NCBI GenBank assembly: GCA_021325435.1
Contig: JAJPHE010000072.1
Coordinates: 1,666 to 65,665, forward strand
Direction: 5' to 3'
Length of the DNA stretch: 64,000 nt
Source of the DNA: Actinomycetota bacterium
GTDB lineage: Bacteria > Actinomycetota > Acidimicrobiia > Acidimicrobiales > JAJPHE01
Shown: positions 16,582-25,981 of the stretch, piece by piece
How positions within the stretch are numbered: the first letter of the stretch is position 1
Layout: each line of letters opens with the position of its first letter
Notes under the pieces: model-generated
The model's database searches: none
What the model saw: the letters and a program-made list of their open reading frames with translations, nothing else
What the model was told of the DNA's origin: nothing
Translations under genes and position numbers: made by a program

Positions 16582-18087
16582 ATGGCACCACCGGTCGTAG
16601 AAACCAGCCTCGGCAGCATCCGGGGTGAGTCGCAGGGCCCGGTTCGGGTCTTCAAGGGAATCCCGTATGCCCGACCCCCGGTCGGCGCCCTCCGCTTCCG
16701 GGCGCCTCAGCCGGCCGAGCCCTGGACCGGAGTACGCGAGGCGATCAGCTTCGGCCCCCTGGCGCCCCAGAACCCGTCCCCGCTCGAACGGCTGCTCGGA
16801 TCGGCGGAGCTAGTCCATGACGAGGCCGCCTGCCTCACCCTGAACGTCTGGACACCGGGCCTCGACGACGGACGCCGCCCGGTCATGGTCTGGATCCACG
16901 GCGGCGCCTTCCTGACCGGCACCGGATCGACCCCCTGGTACGACGGCTCGCGCTTCGCCGCCCATCACGACGTGGTGGTGGTGACCATCAACTACCGCCT
17001 GGGCGCCCTCGGCTTCCTGCACCTCGACGGCCTCCTCGGAGAGGACTACGCCGGGTCGGGCAACGCCGGCATCCTCGACCAGGCCGCCGCCCTCGAATGG
17101 GTTCGTGACAACATCGCCGGCTTCGGCGGCGACCCCGGCAACGTGACGATCTTCGGGGAGTCCGCCGGGGCCATGAGCGTCGGCACCCTGCTGGCCCTGC
17201 CCGCCGCCCGAGGCCTGTTCCACCGGGCCATCCTCCAGAGCGGCGCCGGCCACAACGCCCTGACCGCCGATCAGGCCGAAGCCATCACCAGCGACCTGTT
17301 GGCCCGACTCGGCCTCGGCGAAGGAGAGGCCCGCCGCCTGGTGGAGGTGCCGCTCCCGAGCCTGCTGGAGGCCCAGGGCGCCATCTCCGCCGCCTACTTC
17401 TCCGAAGGTCTGCCATTCGAGCCGGTGGTCGACGGAAGCTGCCTGCCGGCCCGGCCCATCGACGCGGTCAGGGCCGGGGCGGCGGCAGGGGTGGACATCC
17501 TCGTCGGCACCAACGCCGAGGAGTGGAAGCTGTTCGCCCTCCTCGACCCCCGGCTGTCCGGGCTGGACGAGAGCGGCGTCGTCGACGCCGCGTCGAGGGT
17601 CATGGCGGGCGCCGACGTCGAGCAGGCGGTGGCGCGCTACCGGAGCAACCGACCGGACAAGGCGCCGGCCGAGGTCATCGGCGCCATGATCAGCGACCAG
17701 GTGTTCCGCATCCCCGCCATCCGCCTCGCCGAGGCCCACGACGCCGCCGGCGGTGCCGCCCGGATGTACCTGTTCACCTGGGCCACCCCCGTCTTCGGCG
17801 GCGCCCTGGGTTCCTGCCACGCCCTCGAGCTTCCCTTCGTCTTCGACAATCTCGACGCGCCGGGCGCCGCCGCCTTCTGCGGCCCGGACGCGCCGCAGTC
17901 CCTGGCCACCGCCATGAACGCGGCCTGGGCGTCCTTCGCCCGCGGCGGGGACCCCTCCGGGGGAGCCGTCGCCGACTGGCCGCTCTACCAGCCGAGCAGC
18001 CGGTCCACGGTCGTGTTCGACTCCGAGACCAGCGGCGAGGACGATCCGATGGGCGACGAACGGCGGCTCTGGGACGGTCTGCTGTAG
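16582..18087 (+). CDS. Type-B carboxylesterase (para-nitrobenzyl esterase-like)
   Basis: From ATG 16582 (AAGGAG RBS): MAPPVVETSLGSIRG...FKGIPYARPPVGALRF...LTLNVWTP...VWIHGGAF...TINYRLGALGF...FGESAGA. The track ORF 15742 is an upstream run-on. Confidence 0.9.
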   Translation: MAPPVVETSLGSIRGESQGPVRVFKGIPYARPPVGALRFRAPQPAEPWTGVREAISFGPLAPQNPSPLERLLGSAELVHDEAACLTLNVWTPGLDDGRRPVMVWIHGGAFLTGTGSTPWYDGSRFAAHHDVVVVTINYRLGALGFLHLDGLLGEDYAGSGNAGILDQAAALEWVRDNIAGFGGDPGNVTIFGESAGAMSVGTLLALPAARGLFHRAILQSGAGHNALTADQAEAITSDLLARLGLGEGEARRLVEVPLPSLLEAQGAISAAYFSEGLPFEPVVDGSCLPARPIDAVRAGAAAGVDILVGTNAEEWKLFALLDPRLSGLDESGVVDAASRVMAGADVEQAVARYRSNRPDKAPAEVIGAMISDQVFRIPAIRLAEAHDAAGGAARMYLFTWATPVFGGALGSCHALELPFVFDNLDAPGAAAFCGPDAPQSLATAMNAAWASFARGGDPSGGAVADWPLYQPSSRSTVVFDSETSGEDDPMGDERRLWDGLL

Positions 18088-18099
18088 GGACGGGGCCAT

Positions 18100-18105
18100 T
18101 AGGCT
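18100..18105 (+). promoter_or_regulatory. -10 hexamer TAGGCT, 7 nt upstream of GTG 18113 (leaderless-type)
   Basis: TANNNT geometry in the 25-nt gap after the esterase stop. Confidence 0.4.
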
Positions 18106-18112
18106 CGCCCGG

Positions 18113-19147
18113 GTGAGCGACACCACCGCACTGCCGACCGATCAGGGCCTCCTCTCGCGCTGGCGCGAGGTCATGAGGACCTCGAATCCGCCCTCGAGCG
18201 GGCAGCTCGATCCGGTCTCCAAATGGCTGGTGCTGACGCGGGCGGCGGTGCTGCCCATGACCCTCACCGCCGGCCTGGTCGCCGGATTGCTGGCCGTGCG
18301 CAAGCCCGGGTTCAGCCCCGGTTGGTACCTGCTGGCGTTGGCCGGCATCGTGCTCGCCCACGTCTCCAACAACCTGATGAACGACCTGTTCGACGCGGGA
18401 GTGGGCGCCGACACCGACTCGTATCCCCGGGCTCTGTACGCCCCCCACCCGATCCTGTCGGGCTTGGTGAGCCGCCGAGGCCTCGCCGCCTCCGCCCTGG
18501 CTGTCAACCTGGTCGACCTGGCCATCCTGGTCGTGCTGACCCTGGCCCGGGGCTGGCCCATCCTGGTCTTCGGGCTGGCCGGGTTCTTCCTGTCGGCCGC
18601 CTACACCGCCCCGCCCCTGCGCCTCAAGAAGCGGGGGCTGGGGGAGCCCGACGTCCTGGTCGTCTGGGGCCCCCTGATGGTGGGCGGCACCTACTACGCC
18701 GCGGTCGGCCACCTGCCGTGGCAGGTCATCGCGGCATCCATCCCCTACGGCCTGCTGTGCACGGCAGTCCTGATGGGCAAGCACATCGACAAGATCCCCT
18801 GGGACGCCCCTGCTGCCACCCGCACCCTGCCGGTGATGTTGGGCGAAACCGCGGCCCGGAGGGTCACCCAGGGCCTGATGATCGGCTTTTACGTAGCCGT
18901 CGTCGCCTGCGTGGCCGTGCGCGCCCTGCCCTGGCCCGCCCTGCTCGCCCTGGGAGGGCTGCCGGTCCTCGCCCGGGTCTGGCAGGCACTCGACCGGCCC
19001 CGGCCCGACGCGCCCCCCGCCGGGTTTCCGGTCTGGCCGCTGTGGTTCGCGGCCATCGCCTTCCTGCACACCCGCCGGGCCGGCGCCCTCCTGGTGGGCG
19101 GCCTGGCCATCGCCGCCGCTGCCGGCATCCGGATGGCGGGGGGATGA
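18113..19147 (+). CDS. UbiA-family aromatic prenyltransferase (MenA-like membrane protein)
   Basis: 344 aa, multi-TM. NNLMNDLFD (NxxxD-type Asp-rich motif) and a second loop GKHIDKIPWD. Confidence 0.8.
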   Translation: MSDTTALPTDQGLLSRWREVMRTSNPPSSGQLDPVSKWLVLTRAAVLPMTLTAGLVAGLLAVRKPGFSPGWYLLALAGIVLAHVSNNLMNDLFDAGVGADTDSYPRALYAPHPILSGLVSRRGLAASALAVNLVDLAILVVLTLARGWPILVFGLAGFFLSAAYTAPPLRLKKRGLGEPDVLVVWGPLMVGGTYYAAVGHLPWQVIAASIPYGLLCTAVLMGKHIDKIPWDAPAATRTLPVMLGETAARRVTQGLMIGFYVAVVACVAVRALPWPALLALGGLPVLARVWQALDRPRPDAPPAGFPVWPLWFAAIAFLHTRRAGALLVGGLAIAAAAGIRMAGG

Positions 19148-20010
19148 CGGCCGCCTACTACGAGCACATCAGCTACGAGGTCGAGGACGGCATCGCCCTG
19201 GTCACCCTCGACCGCCCCGACCAGCTCAACGCCTTCACCACCCGGATGATGCACGAGCTGATCGACGCCTTCGACCGCAGCGACGCCGACGACTCCGTGC
19301 GGGCAGTCATCGTCACCGGCCAGGGCCGGGGCTTCTGCGCCGGAGCCGACCTGTCCTCGGGCCCGGACACCTTCGCCCGTTCCGACGACTCCTCCCCGGT
19401 CGGGGTCGGCTGGCGCGACGGCGGTGGTCAGGTGGTGCTGCGCATCTTCGAGTCGCGCAAGCCGGTCATCGCCGCCATCAACGGGCCCGCCGTCGGGGTG
19501 GGGATCACCATGACGCTGCCGATGGACGTACGGCTGGCCGCCGACGACGCCCGGATGGGATTCGTCTTCACCCGCCGGGGGCTGGTGCCGGAGGCCTGCT
19601 CCAGCTGGTTCCTCCCCCGGGTGGTGGGAATCAGCCGGGCGGCCGAGTGGGTGTTCACCGGCCGGGTGTTCCCGGCGACCGAGGCCCTCGACGCCGGGCT
19701 GGTCCGCAGCCTCCACCCGAAAGACGAGCTGCTGGCCGCCGCCCGCGCCCTGGCCACCGAGATGTCGCAGCAGACGGCGCCCGTCTCGGTAGCCCTGTCA
19801 CGGCTGATGCTGTGGCGGATGCTCGGGGCCTCCCACCCCATGGAGGCCCATCGGGTGGACAGCCGGGGGATCCGGGTCCGGGGCGCCTCCGACGATGCCC
19901 GCGAGGGGGTTGCCGCCTTCCTCGAGAAGCGCGAGGCCGTGTTTCCCCTGCGGGTGTCGGCCGACCTGCCTGACATCTTTCCGGACTGGTCGCCGCCCGA
20001 GTTCAGCTGA
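19144..20010 (+). CDS. Enoyl-CoA hydratase/isomerase (crotonase) family protein
   Basis: ATG 19144 overlaps the upstream TGA (ATGA). [23 protein letters not shown]...[16 protein letters not shown]...[15 protein letters not shown]...[11 protein letters not shown]. Confidence 0.85.
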   Translation: MTAAYYEHISYEVEDGIALVTLDRPDQLNAFTTRMMHELIDAFDRSDADDSVRAVIVTGQGRGFCAGADLSSGPDTFARSDDSSPVGVGWRDGGGQVVLRIFESRKPVIAAINGPAVGVGITMTLPMDVRLAADDARMGFVFTRRGLVPEACSSWFLPRVVGISRAAEWVFTGRVFPATEALDAGLVRSLHPKDELLAAARALATEMSQQTAPVSVALSRLMLWRMLGASHPMEAHRVDSRGIRVRGASDDAREGVAAFLEKREAVFPLRVSADLPDIFPDWSPPEFS

Positions 20011-20095
20011 AGCGGGGGCGGTCTGGGCCGCGCAGGTGCGGGGAGCGGGTCACCGCCTAGAGTTGGCCGGCGAACGGTCGGAACGAGGAGGCCTC

Positions 20096-21514
20096 ATGCA
20101 AGCCCGCGACAAGCTGTACATCAACGGATCCTGGGTGCCATCCACCGGCAAGGGGACCATCGAGGTCGTCAACTCGGCGACCGAAGAGGTGATGGCGACC
20201 GTTCCGGAGGGGACGCCGGAGGACGTGGATCGGGCCGTCCAGGCCGCCCGGGCCGCCTTCGACGAGTGGTCCCAGGTGTCGGTCGAGGAGCGGGGCAAGT
20301 ACCTCCAGCGCATCACCGAGGGCCTGCAGGCCCGCAGCGCCGAGATCGCCCAGGTCGTGGCCCAGGAAGTCGGCATGCCGGTGAACCTCTCCATGATCAT
20401 CCAGGCCGGTCTGCCCACCATGACTTTTGGGTCGATGGGCCAGATCCTCGACTCGTTCCCCTTCGAGGAGCAGGTGGGCAACTCCCTCATCGTGCGCGAG
20501 CCGGTGGGGGTGGTCGGCGCCATCACGCCCTGGAACTATCCGCTCCACCAGATCGCGGCCAAGGTGGCCCCGGCCCTGGCGGCGGGGTGCACGGTCGTGC
20601 TCAAGCCGTCCGAGGTGGCCCCCCTGAACGCCTTCATCCTCGCCGAGATCATCGATGAGGTCGGCCTTCCGCCCGGCACCTTCAACCTGGTGACCGGCTA
20701 CGGCCCGGTCGTCGGCGAGGCCATCGCTGCCCACCCGCAGGTCGACATGGTGTCCTTCACCGGGTCGACCCGAGCCGGCAAGCGGGTCAGCGAGCTGGCG
20801 TCCCAGACGGTCAAGCGGGTCGCCCTCGAGCTCGGCGGCAAGTCCCCGAACGTGATCCTCGACGACGCCGATCTCGAGCGGGCCGTCTCCGACGGCGTGG
20901 GCAAGTGCTACCTCAACTCCGGGCAGACCTGTTCGGCCCTGACCAGGATGCTCGTTCCCCGGGCCCGGCTCTCCGAGGCCGAGGAGATCGCCGTGCGCAC
21001 GGCCGAGTCCTACACGCCGGGGGACCCCTTCGGCGACGGCACCCGCCTGGGGCCCCTGGTGTCGGCGACCCAGCGCGAGCGGGTCCGCGGCTACATCCAG
21101 AAAGGCGTCGAGGAGGGGGCCAAGCTGCTGACCGGCGGGGTCGAGCCCCCGGAGGGGCTGGAGAAGGGCTACTACGTGCGTCCGACCGTGTTCTCCGAGG
21201 TCACCCCGGAGATGACCATCGCCCAGGAGGAGATCTTCGGGCCCGTCCTGGCCATCCTGCCCTACGACTCCGAGGAAGACGCCGTCCGGATCGCCAACGA
21301 CACCGTCTACGGCCTGGCCGGCGGCGTCTGGTCGGGTGACCCGGACCGAGCCCGGCGGGTGGCCCGCCGCCTGCGCACGGGTCAGGTCGAGGTGAACGGA
21401 GGCTCGTTCAACCCGATGGCCCCGTTCGGGGGCTACAAGCAGTCCGGCCACGGCCGCGAGCTGGGCAAGTTCGGCCTCGAGGAGTACCTCGAGGTCAAGG
21501 CCCTCCAGCTCTGA
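20096..21514 (+). CDS. NAD(P)-dependent aldehyde dehydrogenase
   Basis: From ATG 20096 (GAGGAG RBS): [14 protein letters not shown]...ITPWNYPL...VLKPSE...FTGSTRAGK...ELGGKSP...[12 protein letters not shown]...EEIFGPV. Confidence 0.9.
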   Translation: MQARDKLYINGSWVPSTGKGTIEVVNSATEEVMATVPEGTPEDVDRAVQAARAAFDEWSQVSVEERGKYLQRITEGLQARSAEIAQVVAQEVGMPVNLSMIIQAGLPTMTFGSMGQILDSFPFEEQVGNSLIVREPVGVVGAITPWNYPLHQIAAKVAPALAAGCTVVLKPSEVAPLNAFILAEIIDEVGLPPGTFNLVTGYGPVVGEAIAAHPQVDMVSFTGSTRAGKRVSELASQTVKRVALELGGKSPNVILDDADLERAVSDGVGKCYLNSGQTCSALTRMLVPRARLSEAEEIAVRTAESYTPGDPFGDGTRLGPLVSATQRERVRGYIQKGVEEGAKLLTGGVEPPEGLEKGYYVRPTVFSEVTPEMTIAQEEIFGPVLAILPYDSEEDAVRIANDTVYGLAGGVWSGDPDRARRVARRLRTGQVEVNGGSFNPMAPFGGYKQSGHGRELGKFGLEEYLEVKALQL

Positions 21515-21536
21515 TCCCGGCGCCACCCGGCCGCTC

Positions 21537-21561
21537 GGCCGCCACGCCCAGGCTGGCGGCC
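21537..21561. terminator. 8-bp perfect hairpin downstream of the aldehyde dehydrogenase (weak terminator candidate)
   Basis: GGCCGCCA-cgcccaggc-TGGCGGCC, 23 nt after the stop. No U-tract. Confidence 0.3.
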
Positions 21562-21701
21562 GGCGACCTGGTGGCAGGAACACGCCTATCGGGTGGCGAA
21601 TCCGCCAAAAAGAACCGGATGGCCGGCCCGGCGTGACCGACGCGTCACCGCGGCCAGCCTCCCCCTGACCTAACGCCGAGCGCAGACGAGGGAAATTGCC
21701 G

Positions 21702-23543
21702 ATGAACCGTTCCACACTCGCCCGCCGCTACCTCCCCCTGGCGGCGGTCGTGGCCGTGCAGGCGCTCATCATCGCCGTGGTGCCTTCGACCGCTCCCAAC
21801 TCCTCCGCAGGCGTCGGCGCCGGCGGCGGGGCCTCGGGCTATTCCGTGGGAGGAGGCGCGGCGGCGGGCGGCGGCGCGGGGGGCGGGGCCGGTTCGGCCG
21901 CCTTCGGAGGGGCGGCGGCGGGCGGCGGCGGGTCCCTCGGTGCCGCCGGCGGCGGGGCGGCAGGCGGGGTCGGCGGGGGGGTGGCCGGGGGAGTTGGCCC
22001 CGGGGGTGCGGGCGGCGTGGCCAACGGCGACACCACCCACTGCGTCGGCGGTCGCGAGTTCGACCCGGGCATCGATTACTTCTCCCCGCCGTGCACACCC
22101 GGCACCCCGGGTGGGCCGCTTCCCAACAACGGCGGGGCCACCTACCAGGGAGTGACCGCCAACCAGATCACCATCGTCGACTACGTCTCGAACTACGGCG
22201 CCGAGGTGAACGCCATCCTGCAGGCCGAAGGCCTGCTCGAGGACTACACCCAGGCCAAGGCGCTCGACACCGCCTGGGAGAGCTTCATCAACTCGCACTA
22301 CGTGCTGTACGGGCGCAAGGTCAAGATCATCCCCTACCAGGGTCAGTGCCAGAGCGTTCCGCCCAACTACCAGTGCCTGATCCCCGAGATGGACTCGATC
22401 ATCTCGACCTACCACCCCTACATGGTCTTCTGGAACACCACGCTGTGCTCGGCCTGCTACGCCGAGATCGCCCGCAACAAGGTGGTGGGGGTCGGAGGCG
22501 ACGGGTTCAGCGACGCCTTCGCCAACGCCAACGCCCCCTACTTCTACTCGGCGGGGGAGAGCGCCACCAGGGTGGAGACGGCCTTCGCCCAGTTCTGGTG
22601 CAACCAGCTGTCGTCCAAGAACGCGCCGTCGCGAAAGGTGGCCTTCGCCGGCAAGGAGAACCCGGCTCAGAACTTCAACGGCCAGACCCGGGTTCTCGGG
22701 GTCATCAGCACCAACGACCCCGACAACGAGAACACCGTCACCAACGTGCTCCAGCCCGAACTCAACCGGCTGTGCGGCGACGGCGGCTCGATCAACGCCC
22801 ACCACTACTACTACGCCCAGGACATCAACACCGCCGCCCAACAGACCAACGCCGGCATCGCCGCCATGGACACTCCGTCCAATCCGGCCACCAGCGTCAT
22901 CTGCCTGTGCGACCCCGTCGCCCCCGCCTTCCTGTTCGGCCCGGGCGAGCAGAACCACAACTACTACCCGGAGAACTTCATCGCCACCGACCAGGGCATG
23001 GACCTCGACACCGCCGGGCAGTCCTACGAGTCCCAGGGCGGAAAGGCGTCGCTCGGCTGTCCCACCCCCCAGAACGGCTGTCCGTACGACAACACCATCG
23101 GCCTGTCGACGGTGGACGCCCAGGAGCCCCAGGCCAACGACACCGGCGTGCGGGTGTTCCACGCCGGCGGTGGCGGTTCCCTCCCGTGTGACAGCAGCGG
23201 ATGCATCACGCCGATCACCGCCACCACGCTGTGGGAGTTCTGGAACATGATGGCCACGCTCATCGAGAACACCGGCCCGATCCTCACCCCTCAGCGGATG
23301 CAGTCCGCCGCCCCGGCCATCGGCGCCCGCGGCGGCGGCAGCTCCGGGCACGTGCTTCGCCAGTTCGCCTCCGGTGACTGGGACTGGACCCAGGACGCCC
23401 GGGTCGTCTACTGGGACAACAAGCGTCCGTCCCCGTACAACGGGGTGGCGGGCACCTACGTGCAGATCGAGGGGGGCAACTTCAACCTCGGCCAGTACCC
23501 GACCCTGCCCGGAGGGCCGCCCGTGCCCGCCGTCCGCTCGTGA
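21702..23543 (+). CDS. Divergent, membrane-tethered, Cys-rich substrate-binding protein of a Liv-type (type-I periplasmic-binding fold) ABC importer
   Basis: ATG 21702 (the track TTG 21696 is 2 codons earlier). N-terminal anchor YLPLAAVVAVQALIIAVV, then a ~75-aa Gly/Ala tract. The body, YQGVTANQITIVDYVS...YGRKVKIIPYQG...RVLGVISTNDPDNE, resembles Peripla_BP_6 layout. About 15 Cys. GTGA-coupled to the permease. Confidence 0.6.
   Translation: MNRSTLARRYLPLAAVVAVQALIIAVVPSTAPNSSAGVGAGGGASGYSVGGGAAAGGGAGGGAGSAAFGGAAAGGGGSLGAAGGGAAGGVGGGVAGGVGPGGAGGVANGDTTHCVGGREFDPGIDYFSPPCTPGTPGGPLPNNGGATYQGVTANQITIVDYVSNYGAEVNAILQAEGLLEDYTQAKALDTAWESFINSHYVLYGRKVKIIPYQGQCQSVPPNYQCLIPEMDSIISTYHPYMVFWNTTLCSACYAEIARNKVVGVGGDGFSDAFANANAPYFYSAGESATRVETAFAQFWCNQLSSKNAPSRKVAFAGKENPAQNFNGQTRVLGVISTNDPDNENTVTNVLQPELNRLCGDGGSINAHHYYYAQDINTAAQQTNAGIAAMDTPSNPATSVICLCDPVAPAFLFGPGEQNHNYYPENFIATDQGMDLDTAGQSYESQGGKASLGCPTPQNGCPYDNTIGLSTVDAQEPQANDTGVRVFHAGGGGSLPCDSSGCITPITATTLWEFWNMMATLIENTGPILTPQRMQSAAPAIGARGGGSSGHVLRQFASGDWDWTQDARVVYWDNKRPSPYNGVAGTYVQIEGGNFNLGQYPTLPGGPPVPAVRS
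21804..22035 (+). repeat. Low-complexity GGC/GCG-rich tract encoding a poly-Gly/Ala linker
   Basis: AGVGAGGGASGYSVGGGAAAGGGAGGGAGSAAFGGAAAGGGGSLGAAGGGAAGGVGGGVAGGVGPGGAGGV, inside the binding-protein ORF. Confidence 0.85.
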
Positions 23544-25981
23544 CCGTCACCGAAAAGCCGATCCGCCCCCACCCGCCCCAGTCGGGCGGTAGGGGCGGCC
23601 GGTCGGCCCGCGAGGTGGCGTCGCTGGTCGGCCAGGTGGTCGGGGCCGACAACCTGGCGGCCCAGGCCGGCCGCTACGTGGCGCTGATCCTGGTCTTCTT
23701 CCTCGTCGAGCACCTGGTCTGGCAGACCTCGCCGGCCGGCATCATCAACGGCATCGCCATCGGGGCCCTGTACGGCCTGGTGGGCGTGGGCATCGTGCTC
23801 ATCTACCGGACGGCCCGGATCATCAACTTCGCCGCCGCCGCCATCGGGGCCGTGCCCGCCATCGCCGCCCTTCTGCTCGACGTCGAAAGCGGCGTCCCGT
23901 ACCTGATCGTCCTGCCGTTGGCCCTGCTCGGCGCCCCGCTGCTCGGGGCCCTGGTCGACGTGTTCGTCATCCGGCGATTCTCCAAGTCGCCCCGGCTGAT
24001 CCTGACCGTCGTCACCATCGGTGTGGCCCAGAGCCTCGCCGCCCTCGGCTTCTTCGTGCCGGTGTGGATGGGCGCCCGTGCCGGCGAGATCCCGAACGTG
24101 CCGACCCCGTTCGACAGCTTCGCCCTCCACAACGGCCGGGGAGAGCCGGTGCTCACCGGCAACCAGATCTGGGCCCTGGTCGTCACCGTCGTCATCGCCC
24201 TGCTTCTCGGCCTGTTCCTGCGCTATACCCGGATTGGAATCGCCCTTCGGGCGTCGGCGGAGAATGCCGACCGGGCCGCTCTTCTCGGCATCCCGGTGAA
24301 GCGAGTACAGACGGCGGCGTGGATGATCGCAGGAGTCCTCGGCGGCATGGCCATATTCGTCCAGGCGCCGCTGATCGGCGTCCCCAACGACGCCACCCTG
24401 GGATTCGCCACCCTCCTCTACGGCCTCACCTCCGCCGTCATCGGCCGCATGCAGCGGCTGGGGGCGACTCTCGTGTCGGGGATGATCATCGGGGTGATCG
24501 TCAACGCCTCGGTCACCAGGTACGGCGACAACAGTGTTGCCCTGGCCCTAATGCTGCCGATAATCCTGGTGGCGCTGGTCTTCTTCCAGCGAGGCCGGTT
24601 GACCCGAGCCGAGGACAGCGGAGTCTCCACCTGGCAGGCGGTCAAGGAGTTCCGCCCCATACCGCTGGAGCTGCGCGGCTTTCGCGAGGTCACCGCCGCC
24701 CGGCTCGGGCTGATCGCCGCTCCGGCCGTGCTGGCCATCGTCCTGCCCTTCGTCATCGGCGCCCCCGACGTTCCCCGCCTGACCCTTCTTCCCATCTACG
24801 GCATCGTGGCCGTCTCTCTGGTGATCCTCACCGGGTGGGGGGGCCAGATCAGCCTCGGCCAGTTCGGCTTCGTGGGCGCCGGCGCCCTGGTGGCCGGCGG
24901 GCTGGCCGCCAACCACAACATCGACTTCTTCGTCGCCCTGGCCATCGGCATCGGCGTCGGGGTGGTGTCCGCCATCATCATCGGACTGCCCGCCGTGCGG
25001 ATCCAAGGCCTGTACCTAGCCGTCACCACCCTGGCCTTCGGCTTCGCCGTGGAGTACTACGCCCTCAACGACCATTACTTCATCGGCAAGCACCTGCTGC
25101 CGTCCGGCTACACCGCCCATCTCAACCGCCCGTCGCTGTACGGGCGCATCGCGCTGGACAGCTTCCCCGACCAGAACCCGGGCAACATCAAGTTCTACTT
25201 CACGTGCCTCATCCTGATGGTGCTGTGCATGCTGGCCGCCCTCGCCTTCCGCCGCTACCGCAGTGGCCGGGTGCTCATCGCCGCCCGCGAGAACCAGCGG
25301 GCGGCGCCGGCCTACGCCATCAACCTGACCCGGACCCGGTTGGCCGCCTTCGCCATCTCGGGCGGCATCGCCGGCCTGGCCGGCGTCCTGATGGCCTACT
25401 CCCAGCACAACGTCGTCCAGGGCAGCTACGACGTCACCTACGGAATCGGCATCTTCCTGGCCGTGGTCATCGGGGGCCTGTCCTCGGTCCCGTGGGCGGT
25501 GACGGGCGCCGTGGTCTTCGAGGCGTTCCAGGTCTTCGCGCCGAAGCTGGACCCCTACCTCGGCCCGAACATCACCGCCATCCTTCCGCTCCTGCTGACC
25601 GGGCCCCTGCTCGTGCTGAACCTCTACCAGTACCCGGGTGGCTCGGCGGAGTGGGGATTCGGCATCCGCGACCGGTTCCTGCGCTGGGTGGCACGCCGCC
25701 ACGACGTCCTCGTGCCGTCGCTGGTCGCTGACCGCCGGGTGGAGACGGGCGAGGAGGCTCTCGACGTGGTCCGCCGGGCCGAGCAGCACGTCGAGGAGGT
25801 CGAGTCCTTCGACATCACCGACACGACGATCGTCTGCCCCGTGTGCGACGCCGAGCTCACCCTGGCCGAGGCGACCGCCCACGACCACCTGGCCAGGGGA
25901 GGCGGCCAGACGGCGGCCGGCGCCAGGACCGACGGTGGGGGCCGGGGCCGCCTGGCCCGGGCCCGAAAGGCCCGCCCGTGA
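23540..25981 (+). CDS. Fused LivH-like + LivM-like branched-chain-amino-acid-type ABC permease with a ~110-aa cytoplasmic C-terminal tail
   Basis: 813 aa. N-terminal half: INGIAIGALYGLVGVGIVLIYRTARIINFA. C-terminal half: GQISLGQFGFVGAGALVAGGLA...RIQGLYLAVTTLAFGF...AFAISGGIAGLAG. The tail contains CPVCDAELTL and an Arg/Gly-rich end. Confidence 0.85.
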   Translation: MTVTEKPIRPHPPQSGGRGGRSAREVASLVGQVVGADNLAAQAGRYVALILVFFLVEHLVWQTSPAGIINGIAIGALYGLVGVGIVLIYRTARIINFAAAAIGAVPAIAALLLDVESGVPYLIVLPLALLGAPLLGALVDVFVIRRFSKSPRLILTVVTIGVAQSLAALGFFVPVWMGARAGEIPNVPTPFDSFALHNGRGEPVLTGNQIWALVVTVVIALLLGLFLRYTRIGIALRASAENADRAALLGIPVKRVQTAAWMIAGVLGGMAIFVQAPLIGVPNDATLGFATLLYGLTSAVIGRMQRLGATLVSGMIIGVIVNASVTRYGDNSVALALMLPIILVALVFFQRGRLTRAEDSGVSTWQAVKEFRPIPLELRGFREVTAARLGLIAAPAVLAIVLPFVIGAPDVPRLTLLPIYGIVAVSLVILTGWGGQISLGQFGFVGAGALVAGGLAANHNIDFFVALAIGIGVGVVSAIIIGLPAVRIQGLYLAVTTLAFGFAVEYYALNDHYFIGKHLLPSGYTAHLNRPSLYGRIALDSFPDQNPGNIKFYFTCLILMVLCMLAALAFRRYRSGRVLIAARENQRAAPAYAINLTRTRLAAFAISGGIAGLAGVLMAYSQHNVVQGSYDVTYGIGIFLAVVIGGLSSVPWAVTGAVVFEAFQVFAPKLDPYLGPNITAILPLLLTGPLLVLNLYQYPGGSAEWGFGIRDRFLRWVARRHDVLVPSLVADRRVETGEEALDVVRRAEQHVEEVESFDITDTTIVCPVCDAELTLAEATAHDHLARGGGQTAAGARTDGGGRGRLARARKARP

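Noticed and set aside
13382-16591. 1069-aa minus-strand ORF, the longest in the track. Similar long antisense ORFs occur at 20057..21715, 21645..23351, 25624..27492, 39657..40589, 53349..55049 and 59084..61708.
   Set aside because: All of them run antisense or out of frame to genes with strong family motifs (ligC, Prim-PolC, AI-2E transporter, aldehyde dehydrogenase, ABC ATPase, relA, alaS). Their products are Arg/Gly/Pro/Ala-rich low complexity. Stop codons are simply rare in about 70% GC DNA.
18113-20010. UbiA prenyltransferase plus ATGA-coupled crotonase read as a menA-menB menaquinone pair.
   Set aside because: The crotonase lacks the MenB-specific features I recall (GGDQ and D-x-GSFDGG regions). 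It looks like a generic enoyl-CoA hydratase, so no pathway claim is made.
21804-22035. GGC-rich repeat tract considered as a CRISPR-like or PGRS-type repeat locus.
   Set aside because: It has no repeat-spacer periodicity. It lies inside a continuous ORF with a TM anchor upstream and a folded domain downstream, and there is no PE domain.
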